Source of the DNA: Roseibacillus sp.
GTDB taxonomy: Bacteria > Verrucomicrobiota > Verrucomicrobiia > Verrucomicrobiales > Akkermansiaceae
NCBI GenBank assembly: GCA_051251855.1
Contig: JBPOGI010000007.1
Span: 224,001-288,000, forward strand
Length of the DNA stretch: 64,000 nt
Reading direction: 5' to 3'
Shown here piece after piece: positions 10,084-20,700 of the stretch. The notes under the pieces are model-generated. The model did no database searches. It saw nothing but the letters and a program-made list of their open reading frames with translations, and had not been told where the DNA came from. How positions within the stretch are numbered: the stretch's first letter is position 1; every line of letters starts with the position of its first letter. Position numbers and translations under genes: made by a program.

Positions 10084-11031
10084 ATGATCTTCGCGCAAAC
10101 TCCTCCGCCAACGAACCCTGCTGCCACTGAGTTGGTAGCGAAAACTGCCCAGACAATCCAAGGATCGGGTGAGCAAATCACCGACCCCCCCCCTGGATTT
10201 TCACTGAACTACATCTTTGAAAAACTCCGAGAAGCCTTTATTGAAATGGCTGACGGAGCGATCAGCGCCCTGCCCAATCTTGTCATTGCAGGCGTTCTCT
10301 TATTCGTCGGTCTCATTGCCGCCAAGGTCATCCGCGCCGTCCTCACCAGCACCTTCAAGAAAATCAATCTAGATAGTGCATTCGATAAGATGGGGCTCAC
10401 CGAGATTTTCTCCAAAATCGGTCTCAAGGCCGGCCCCAGCTCAGCAATCCCCAAGCTTCTCTACTGGCTCATCCTCCTCGCTTTCATTAAGGTAGCCGCC
10501 GACAAGGCCGGAATCGAAGACATCTCCACTCTCCTTGATCAAATCATGGCCTTCTTGCCCAAGGTGCTGACCGCCTCGATCATTCTTTTGGTAGGCTTCA
10601 TTGTTGCCGACTTGATTCAGAATGCAGCCTTCCGCTCGCTCGATAATATTGGGCTCGAATACGCAGGCAGCCTCTCTCGCATCCTTTTTGGCTTCATCTT
10701 CATTCTCGTTCTCACCGTTGCCTTTGCCCAATTAGGCATTGAGACCGAACTTCTCAACTCCTCTGTAAAGATCGTTCTAGCAGGTTTGGCCCTCGCACTT
10801 GCGATTGCGCTCGGCTTGGGATTGAAGACCCTTGCCGGTCACATCGTCGCAGGGGTCTATGCACGCGACCTCTACAAAATTGGAACCGAGATTCACTACG
10901 ACGACCTTCCGGCCAAGGTCTCTGGGGTAGGCCCCCTCACAACCAAGCTGACTCGGGACGATGGCACATTCGTGATTATTCCTAACACCATTATGGTCAA
11001 CGAAGTCATCCGCGGTCGCACCGAAAACTAA
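10084..11031 (+). CDS. MscS-related membrane protein, CmpX-like
   Basis: Two LP(N/K)..A..L..G TM-helix repeats, GLEYAGSLSRI, ALALAIALGLG..LAGHIVAGVYARDLYKIG, and a C-terminal MscS beta segment (GPLTTKL..IIPN). Confidence 0.88.
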   Translation: MIFAQTPPPTNPAATELVAKTAQTIQGSGEQITDPPPGFSLNYIFEKLREAFIEMADGAISALPNLVIAGVLLFVGLIAAKVIRAVLTSTFKKINLDSAFDKMGLTEIFSKIGLKAGPSSAIPKLLYWLILLAFIKVAADKAGIEDISTLLDQIMAFLPKVLTASIILLVGFIVADLIQNAAFRSLDNIGLEYAGSLSRILFGFIFILVLTVAFAQLGIETELLNSSVKIVLAGLALALAIALGLGLKTLAGHIVAGVYARDLYKIGTEIHYDDLPAKVSGVGPLTTKLTRDDGTFVIIPNTIMVNEVIRGRTEN

Positions 11032-11056
11032 CGTTTTCAGACAAAGAAAAAAACCG

Positions 11057-11084
11057 TGTGACTTATTCGCAGATCTGCGCGTCT
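11057..11084 (+). promoter_or_regulatory. ECF-type promoter, copy 1 (TGTGAC-N18-GTCT)
   Basis: AAACCG TGTGACTT ... GCGTCT; identical geometry in three copies; GTCT starts 12 nt before the repeat RNA unit. Confidence 0.7.
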
Positions 11085-11092
11085 GTATGAGT

Positions 11093-11166
11093 GTCCCAGC
11101 AATGGGACGTGCGTTGTTGTTCCCACGAGCGGGGGTTGGTTTCGACCAGCCCTCGCTCACTTTTTT
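11093..11166 (+). ncRNA. Candidate small RNA, copy 1 (74 nt)
   Basis: GTCCCA-GCAA-TGGGAC hairpin, linker GTGCGTTGTTGTTCCCAC, 14-bp stem with TTCG loop, then AC-T6. Confidence 0.72.
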
Positions 11167-11203
11167 AAGACACGTGCTCTAGACGAAAGTTTCTTAGAAA
11201 CGC

Positions 11204-11231
11204 TGTGACTTTTTACCAGGGCCGTGTGTCT
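11204..11231 (+). promoter_or_regulatory. ECF-type promoter, copy 2
   Basis: AAACGC TGTGACTT ... GTGTCT, 18-nt spacer. Confidence 0.7.
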
Positions 11232-11239
11232 ACATTCAC

Positions 11240-11336
11240 GTCCCAGAGATGGGGCATGTTATATCCCAGCAATGGGATGTGCGTTGTTGTTCCCACGAGC
11301 GGGGGTTGGTTTCGACCAGCCCTCGCTCACTTTTTT
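11240..11336 (+). ncRNA. Candidate small RNA, copy 2 (97 nt; duplicated 5' hairpin)
   Basis: GTCCCA-GAGA-TGGGGC followed by ATCCCA-GCAA-TGGGAT, then the same linker and terminator as copy 1. Confidence 0.72.
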
Positions 11337-11374
11337 CAAGATGCTTCCTTTTTACGCCGGCTGTCTAAAAACGG

Positions 11375-11402
11375 TGTGACTTATCCCAAGGTCTTCGTGT
11401 CT
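11375..11402 (+). promoter_or_regulatory. ECF-type promoter, copy 3
   Basis: AAACGG TGTGACTT ... GTGTCT, 18-nt spacer. Confidence 0.7.
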
Positions 11403-11410
11403 CTAGTTAT

Positions 11411-11484
11411 GTCCCAGCAATGGGATGTGCGTTGTTGTTCCCACGAGCGGGAGTTGGTTTCGACCAGCTCTCGCTCATTTTTTT
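11411..11484 (+). ncRNA. Candidate small RNA, copy 3 (74 nt)
   Basis: GTCCCA-GCAA-TGGGAT, same linker, terminator with compensatory A11452:T11469 replacing G:C, T7 tail. Confidence 0.72.
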
Positions 11485-11783
11485 CAAGGGAGAGAGATAA
11501 ATTGAAGGACTTCCAGTGGACGGATGCTCCTGCTTCTTATCCTTACTAAAGCAATCAGAACGAGGCATGACGAGGTCAATGCCCTCCGCCCCTCGCTATT
11601 AGACCTTTGACGACTAGACCTTTAAGGACTGGAACTGGTCGGTGCATTCCTGAGGCTCACCCCTTGCTTCGTCACTCGGATTTACCGTTCTTCTCCACTC
11701 TTGCTGGACGGCTAGAATGGAGAAGATGGAACGAGTTTATCGATTGAAAAGAGGCCGGCTTTGAACGCACTTCTTTTCCCCCA

Positions 11784-14700
11784 CTAGAATTGCGGCAAGG
11801 GATAGATGTGAGACCTCTTGTCATCTCCCGGCAAGACTTTCACCATCACTGCTCGATGTGATTCAATCAAGAGGTCCGCGTCACGGTTCAAGAGTTGCGA
11901 GTCGTTCAAATCCAACCAGTAGTTGTAGGGTCCAGCGTCGGCCAACATGTATCCTAAATACCCCGTCTTATATTCGGTGACACCCACCTCATCAACAACA
12001 CGGTCGCCTTTCCAGAACAGAAGCTCGGAACTCTTCGTTGGAGAAGCTCCGCCATCAAAACCAGCAGCCAAGGTAAGATCCCGGCCATTAGCTCCCGCCG
12101 GCGATTGGTCCAAAGGCCACATCGCCCCTGTGAGGTTGAAGCCTTCGTTCATGGGAGCCGCTTGGTCATAATCAGCAACCATTCCGAAAGTGAACTGCTC
12201 CACTGGAGGAATCGTCGCGGGAGCAAGCGCATCCCCAGAGCTCTTGGGATGAATCCAATTTCCCATCGAAGGATCCAGACGGAGGCCTCCCTGGTCAACT
12301 TGAGCGAAAGGATCAGTCACCCGAATCCATTTTGTATCGGGAGCCGTGCCAACCAACATCAAGGTTTCGAATCCAGGATCACTCTTTCGAACATCATAGA
12401 AGAGCAGTCGGGTCGCATCCGCTGGATTTGAGTCCTCTTCGCCGGCAAATGTCGTCGTCTTATCGAACACTTCATCGATGGTGCGATAGCGAATCACTTC
12501 GTAGCTTGCTCCATTAAGTCCACTATCGGTGGGCAAACCATCGAGAGTATTCAGGGAGGCCACTGCGGTGTCAAAAATATCACTATCGTTGAGAAGAGAG
12601 ATCGTTCCAATACCACCGCCCAGAATATCGAAGCGGTGTCCTTCAAAAAGACCGCTCGTAATCTGGAGATACTTTTCACCATTGCTTCCGACAACGGATG
12701 ACAAGTCCACGTTCCCTACTGAGTCGCTAACATCTAAGATGATGTCTCCGGTTTCAGAGTCTGTCGCAAGGGTGAGAACCCCACTACCGAAGGTACCACT
12801 CAACTCAGGCTTCTCTTTAAAGGGAGAACTAAAGCTGAGGCACTGATAGTCGCCAAACAGATTGCACTGCCAACCAAAGGTCCTACTGTAGAAGACTTCA
12901 TCTGGAGTAATGGTCTCACTGCCGTCGACATCGATCTCCACCTTCATTCGAACAACTCCATTCTGAGGAGTCACCGGTCCGGTGGAATTTTGAATATCGC
13001 TATAGATAACTTTCTCGGCCTCCACTGGAACATCAGCGTCCGTGATGTTCACAGTAGGCGTGATGTCAGACAAGTCACTCCACACAGTCGGGGTATCCAA
13101 GGTCGCAGCCCCTTGCAGGGTGTAAGTCACATCATTGAGACCACCACGACGACGCATGAACTGGGCAGTGACGCTTCCATCAGGAGCCTTGGTGAGACAG
13201 AACTCGCCGTGTCCGGGAAGTCCATCACCAGGGTTTAGGCAGAAGGCATACTCCAGAGCATTCGGATAGATATCTCCATCAGGATTGTCAGCCAAGCCAT
13301 CGTTGGTTCCGGGGTTTGAGGTGTGGTCCAGCGCACTATCGTTCGTGTCTTGGAACTCGGTATAAGTGCCGGACTTTGGAGAAGTGAAGCCAAAGTCATA
13401 ACTCGCGTTGGCTCCTTCTCCTGATGGATCGGCCTGCTGGTCGGTGGCGGTTTGACCCTGGATGGCAATAGCCGGCGCTCCCGCAGGGTCGTTGCTATCG
13501 GTCAAACTGGTGGCCGTTCCACTTTCGATCACAGTAGGCTCGGTTCCTGTCGGAGTTTGCACGGAGAGAACATAAGTCGGCTCTGCGCCTGCCCCGTCTC
13601 CATTGTAGTCCTCGTCCATGAGCAGATTGCCAAAGTCATAGTGACCTGTTGTGTCTGTTACATCAGTGAGAGAGACAACCGTTCCGTCCGGATAAGTGAT
13701 GGTCAAGGTGACCACCGCACCTTCGATGGCAGGTTCGCCACTCTCTTGCACACCATCATTGTTGCTGTCGAACCAGACGTAGTTTCCAATCGCAGCAGGA
13801 TCCTTGTAGTAGCCAAAGTCGGCGGTGTCATCGTCGGGATTTCCTGAGTCGATGGTCACAGGATAGCCGCCGTCCTCCTGACTGTTGCCATCGGTGCCAG
13901 GATTCGGTCCCACGCTATGCCAGTAACCGTCGAGTTCATTGCCGTCGTCCGTCACCACCACGATGTAGTCATCGAATGGAAGGCCATCGAAGAGATACTC
14001 CCCATTCGCGTCCGTAGTGGTTGTTCCAACCGCCGGATCACCTGAGTCCACAATCCCGTCGCCATCGATATCGCGATAGAGCACCACGGTGACGCCTTCG
14101 ATTCCAGCTTCGCCACCGTCGAGAACTCCGTCACCATCGACATCATTCCAAATGGTCGTTCCAATGCTTCCTCCGTCAGTCGAAACATAACCGAAGTCTT
14201 GGTCCACATTATCCGGTGCTCCACTGGTCAAAGTGACCTCGCTCTCTGAATCAAGTCCCCCATCGTTGTCGAAGGTATTATCAAGGGCTTCCAAGACGCC
14301 ACCCGGGTCAAAGTTGCTGTCAGCAATCTTCACCGTGTAGTCGGCGCCGGCAGCACCGCTGCCATCATCAAGAGGTAAACCTCCGAAGTAGTAGCTACCG
14401 TCAGGACCGGTCTCGGTCACTGCGATGAGCTCACCTTGTTCATCGTAGAGTTCGACCAACACCCCGGGGAGACCCGTATCGGACTCGTTCTGGTCAGCGC
14501 CCCCATCGGCATCCAGCCAGACGTAGTTGCCAATCGAACCGGTCTCGGCCGCAGGCTGGAATCCGAAGTCTTGAGCATCGTCATTCCGCGTCGTGGCATC
14601 GGTGGTGTCTAAGCTCAAGGTTGAGGAGTCATCCGTTCCACCATCGCTTCCGCTCTCAGTTGGAACCGGACTAAACTCTGGAGGCAAGGTCGAGGTATCG

Positions 14701-17700
14701 ACCTGCACCGTGTAGGAGATGCCCGAGTCAGGATCGAGGTTCGGGAAATTGTAGTTTCCATTCTCGTCCGTAACGGTGGTCCAAGTCTCGGTTCCATCGG
14801 TCAAAGTAACCGTCACTCCAGCCAAGCCAGGCTCATTCGCATCTTGGGTGCCGTCACCATCAAGATCAGCATAGATGGTGTCGCCAATGCTACCGACAGG
14901 TTCACCAACAGTCGCGGGAGGATAGCCGAAGTCTTGGTCGAGGTCGACCGGTGTTCCGCTGCTCACAGTCACCGAGCTGCTACTGTCTCCATCATTCTCT
15001 GGGTCTCCAGTTGGAGCCGCATCATAGCCATCTGGCAAGGTCGTGGTATCGACTTCTACGGTGTAATCTCCTAGAGGTAACTCTGGGAAGAGGTAGTTTC
15101 CGTTCGAATCCGTAACCGTGGTCGCAATCAGAATCGTGCCAGTCACATCGTAGAGATTGACCGTGATACCGGGAAGCCCCTGCTCGCCGGCGTTCTGGCT
15201 ACCATTGGAATCGTCGTCCGCCCAAATGGTATCGCCAATCGCGCCCAAGGTTCCATCAGCTGGGTAGCTAAAGTCTTGCGCTCGGTTATCCGGAGCGACA
15301 TCCGTGAGAAGCACCGGACTCGAGGAGTCGTTATTGCCATCACTATCGTGTGTCGCAGCGGTCTGATAACCAGCGGGAAGAGTCGCGGTATCGACTTCGA
15401 CTACGTAACCACCGAGTGGCAGCCCGTCAAAGAGGTAGTTCCCGTTCGAGTCGGTCACTGTAGTTGCGATGATGTCGTTAGCATCGACAGAACCGTCGCC
15501 ATTCACATCATCCGCGAGGCCATCACCATCGTCATCGGCATAAAGATTGACCACCACATCGGCGAGCCCAGGCTCGTTCCCTTGAGTGGACTGGTCGCCT
15601 CCGCTGCTATCGAGGTCTCCCCAAACGGTATCGCCAATGGAACCGAGGGCTTCACCTGAAGTGTAGCCAAAGTCCTGATCGTCTACGTCGGGAGTTCCCG
15701 CATCAATCGTAGTCGCGCTCAAGTTCGGAGTGCCTGCGACGCCATCGGCATCATAGGTTTGCTCAAGGCCACTTAAGACTCCATCAGTATCGTTCACCCA
15801 GACGATGTAGTCATCATAAGGCAAGTTATCGAAGATGTAGCTTCCATCGCTGGCAGTAGTGGTCGTGTTGATGATGGGCTCTCCCACATCCCAAACTCCG
15901 TCTCCATCGAGGTCATCGATCAAGCTCACCGTCACTCCGCCGATCCCTGGCTCACCCGCATCTTCTACCCCGTCTCCATTGAGGTCATTCCAAACGGTGT
16001 CGCCAATGCTTCCGAGAGGAGCAGTCACTTCCGGCTGATAGCCAAAGTCCCCATTGAGGAAGACATCTCCTGGAGCCAGCACGATAGGCTCGCTCTTACC
16101 ATCATTGGCAGAGAAAGCGGTATCCGTTTCTGCAAAGTGATCCGGATCTCCCGTCTGAAGGTAGTCGCTTCCCAGAATATCATGACTCGCAGTCGCGCTA
16201 TCGGTCACCTCAACGACATAGGCATCAGGAACCAAACCATCGAAGTAGTAGCGACCATTGCTATCGGTCGTCGTCGTGCCAACAAGGTTATCATAGACGC
16301 CATCACCATCATGATCATTGTAGAGGCTCACCTCAACACCCGCGACGGGCGCTTCGCCATCATCTTGAATGCCATCACCATCGGCATCGATCCAGATGAA
16401 GTCTCCCAGAGCCGCGACCTCCGCACCGGCAGTCGCCGTCGGGTCATTCACCTCACCCGCAGGATTGATGTTGTAACCAAAGTCCGCCGTAGAGTTGTCC
16501 ATCGGCTCAGTTCCACCCAGAAGCACTGGGTAGCCATAATCACCTGCACCGGGGTCATCGGAATCATCCTGATTGCCAAAGTCGCCACCCGAATTGGTGA
16601 AAGGGCTTTGGGTAAAGCCAGTGGGTAAGGTCGTCTCATCGACGTTCACATAATACTCCCCCGCAGGAAGGTCAGTGAAGAGGTATCCCCCATCGGCATC
16701 CGTGTAGGTAGTAGCCACCACGTTGCCGTCGCCGTCATAGAGGTCGACTTTCACATTCGCGAGACCCGGCTCACCATCATCCTGATAGCCGTTGCTGTCC
16801 TCATCATGCCAAATGTAGTTACCAATCGTTCCAACCGGAGGACCAATGAGTCCAAGGTCAAGGTCGGTATCGCTATCACCCGCTGCCAAAGTGACCGTCT
16901 GGGTACGACCCGTCATCACATCCGCATCACTGTCGGTGTTGGTATCGGCAACCGTATCATCGCCATCGGCGTTCTGCTCGGTAGGCCCGTATCCGTAAGG
17001 CAAGGTGCTGTAGTCAAATTCCACATAGTAGTCACCGGCCAAGAGGTCATCGAAGAGGTAGTTTCCTTGGGCATCGGTCGAAGTCACGCCAACCACCGTG
17101 TCGGTGGCCGCATCATAGACCCGCACAGTGACACCCGGAACTCCGGACTCGCCGGGATCCTGAAGGCCATTGCCGTTGCCATCAATCCAGACAAAGTCAC
17201 CTAGGGAGGCCAAGTCTTCACCAAAGTTGAAGTCCACTCCGCGCTCACCACCCGCAAGGGTGATTCCGGTAATGGTATCCGAACCTGCCGTCCCTTGGTC
17301 AGCAGTAGTGCTGCTGGGAGAAGCAGTGGTATCAACAAGGTCCCCTGCGTCCGTCGTGGTCGAGAACCATCCTTCAGGTTGCGTCTCGGTGACATCGTAA
17401 GTTCCAGGATTGATTCCCGCGAAGCTGTAGTTGCCATCGTCATCGGTGACGGTGGTCAGCTCAACAGCGTTCCCGAAGATATCGGTTCCAGTCAAAGTGA
17501 TGGTCACGCCAGGAATACCCGCCTCGGTGAGGTCGAGGTTTCCAAGATTGTCCGCACCGGCGTCGCCATCGGCACGGTCGTCATCGTGATAGACCGTTCC
17601 GCTCAAGCTCGCGAGTTGCTCTAGAATCACATCAACCTCTGCTGGGTCGCTGTTGTCGCCTAAGTCGGTCTCCGCACTAGTCGTTGCAATGTTCGCAATA

Positions 17701-20700
17701 TTGACCTGAGTCTTCTGCCAATTGGAAGTCATGTAGGCCTGGTCAACCGTGAAGGTCACGGTGACGGAACCAGTAGCTCCCGGCGTTAAGATTCCTGCGT
17801 TGTAACTAAAGTCATTGGCTGAGCCAAGTGTGCCCGGCGTTGCCGACTGAATCACCAGACCATCGGGCAAGGTATCCGAGATGACCACGTCCGCGGCATC
17901 GCCGTTACCATTGTTGCCATAAGTGATGGTGAAGGACCCACCTCCGTATAAGTCGACCACGGCGGTATCAGCCACCTTCTCAATCCAGACGTTAGCCAAG
18001 CCATTGGCATCGGTAATAACGGTCAGCGCGCTGTCATCGTTATTATCGTAATCGCTCTCCTGTCGATCGTTCGCAATCGTAACCACGTTGTTGAGGCTGT
18101 CGCCGGCCACGCCACCAGTTTCGGTGACCTGCACAGTAAAGCTTCCACTCGCTCCGGTCGCTTGGTCGCCGAGATTCCAAATCAAGGCCGTCAAACCACT
18201 GCCCTCGTAATCCGCATCTACAGTTGGTGAGCCACTCGAGCTCACGTAAGTCGTATTAGCGGGTAGAATATCGGTCACCACTGCGTTTAGCGCTCCCTGT
18301 GGTCCGAGGACCTCCCAAGCAATATCATAGTTGATGGTCTCGCTTGCTCCCTCTTTAACCGCTCCGGTGTCTACCAGCTTGCTCACAGCCAAGTCTGTTA
18401 GGCGCAGGTTGATGGAATCTTCCGCCGTATTATTGGCGGTGTTGTCATCGATCTCTGGGGTGCTCGTCGCAATTGAAATGGTGTTATCAATAGTGCTCTG
18501 ACCAACGGGCGCAGGATCGTCCACCATCACCTGGAAGGTGAAGCTAGGCACTTCTTCCACCACATAAGTCGCACGCCAAGAATTGAAGCAAGCCATCGCT
18601 GACTCATCGGTGCTGGTCATGGTCACCCGCAAAATCATTTCCGAATTTGCAATATCGATAGATGAGATATCAGCAAAACCGTCTTCGAGTTCGGCCGGAC
18701 CAAAGAGAGTCGTGGTGTCGGCTGCGTTTCTCAACTCAAACGTCGTCGTTACCGCATCGTCTGCTTCGACGCTGACAAGAAGTCGGTCCCATTTCGTCAA
18801 CGTTCCTGCGGCAACGACCGGATAGTCTTCAGTGACAATCGTCTCGTATGCTTCGAAACCTGAACGCAATTTCGCAACAATGACTCCTGGGCGAGTGGCA
18901 TCACTTCCTTGGCTCACTATTCCGAAAGTGGCAGTCGCGCCCCCCATACCATCGTAGACATAAGTTGGATTTGTGATTCCAGGTGAATAGTTCACCCCTG
19001 CGTTGAGCTGACTTCCGTAGAAGAGCTCCAGAATGCCGTCTCCATCGATGTCGTAGCTATTCATTCGCTGCCCACCATTTTGACCTTGGCGGAAGATGTA
19101 TCCATTTCCTTCGATGGGACTCAGCTTACAATACTCCCTCAGAGTGCCATCGGCATTGGGGTAGAAAATGTAGGTGGCTCCACGGTTGCTGGCATTTCCT
19201 GATGTGTTGACTGAAGAGGTAATATCATCATCGTTCGCCGCCGAGACCGCAAACTCACTCAGTCCATCGCCATCCAAATCGCCGACAGCCGCAACTCCGT
19301 ATCCGAAGTTATCATTGGCATCCAAAGCCAGAGCGGGAGTGGTTAGATTCGAAATCTTACTCACCTTTTTAAGTTCACCCGTAGTCTCGAGAAGAACGAT
19401 ATATGCCGCCCCTGTCGCAGTATATCCATCATCGTCACTCGAAGCTCCAACCACCAGGTCCTCCGCTCCGTTGCCATCCAAATCTCCAACAAAACTCAAA
19501 TCGAATCCGAACAAGTCGCCGGAATCCAAATAACCACTCAGTTCCGCACTACGAGCCGTCTGCATCTTGATAAAACTCGTAACATCTCCTGTCATGTGGC
19601 CATTGATGTCTCTTTCCAGCCAGAAGAAGTAGTATCCTCCCCGCGAAGAATCCAGGCTCACATCTCCTGCAACCAAGACGGAATCACCGCTACCGGCAAA
19701 GTCCTCAATGTAAGTGAGTCCTCGTCCAATTCCCACGGAACCCTGATCGTCAGCTCCGGTCACACCACTGGCGGTAACGAAGCCACCAGTTCCAGAAACT
19801 ATCTTCTTCAAGTCCTTCAACGATCCATCCGTATCTAGGAACAAGAGATAGACCGCGCCACGGCCCACGTTTCCAACATTCGTTCCATAGGCTCCAACCG
19901 CGAGATCAGGGATTCCATCGCCGTTCACATCGCCGATTGGCTCCAAGGAATATCCAAAATAGTCAAAGGCTGAGAGACCGGCCAAAAGACCACTCGCGGC
20001 AGCCGTTCCCTCCGCAATTTCAACGCTAGATTTCACGGAGCCATCAGCATTCATGAAGTTGATCAGAACGGCTCCTTGATTCACATTGACCAAGTCCATC
20101 TCATTGGATTCATCCAAATCACGGAACGGAGAACCGACTGCGTAATCAATCACGCCATCATTGTCGATATCACCCACGGCATGATAGGTGACTTGATGGG
20201 AGCGTGTGTGCGCTCGATCATCGGTAACATTGGGGATATCATTATCAACGTTTGTGTCAAAGGCGACGTGTTGATCGTAACCAGCATCGAGTGCGCTCAC
20301 TTCAGACAAAAATGACTCAACCTCCACTTTAGGCAGTGGTTCGAGACAAAGAACAGCGCCAGGGCTTCCTGCCGGCTCTTTTCTAACAAAGACCCGATGG
20401 ATGGTGTCCGCAGAATCATCACCCAATACATTGTCCAGTTCCCAGTCATCACCATTGGCACGAATGGCCCAGTTGGCTACACCATCCTGATAGAAAGGAA
20501 GTTCGGTGAGCGCATAGTCCCCCTCATCATCATTCTCCTCTGTCGCAAGGGCCGGAATATTCGCGGTATGGCCAGGCACACCAACCCAGTTTCCATCGTA
20601 ATGAAAGTGATTGAAGTCGCCTGTGCCAGTCTTCACATAATCATTGCCCCTCATGAAGTCATCGGTCGTCCGAATGTTTACCACTCGCTCATGATCGGAA

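Noticed and set aside
11093..11484. CRISPR array or type III toxin-antitoxin RNA array interpretation of the three repeats
   Set aside because: Units are ~74 nt, each ends in a terminator and has its own promoter motif, spacers are long, and there is no cas or toxin gene nearby.
11205..11549. 114-aa ORF over the repeats (and minus-strand ORF 10777-11160)
   Set aside because: Incidental translation of the repeat units, running through two terminators; the variation pattern conserves base pairing rather than codons.
11674..11736. Imperfect long hairpin (TCTTCTCCA/TGGAGAAGA) downstream of the giant gene
   Set aside because: No clear U-tail or recognisable family; probably a 3' stabiliser or repeat relic, with too little evidence to call.
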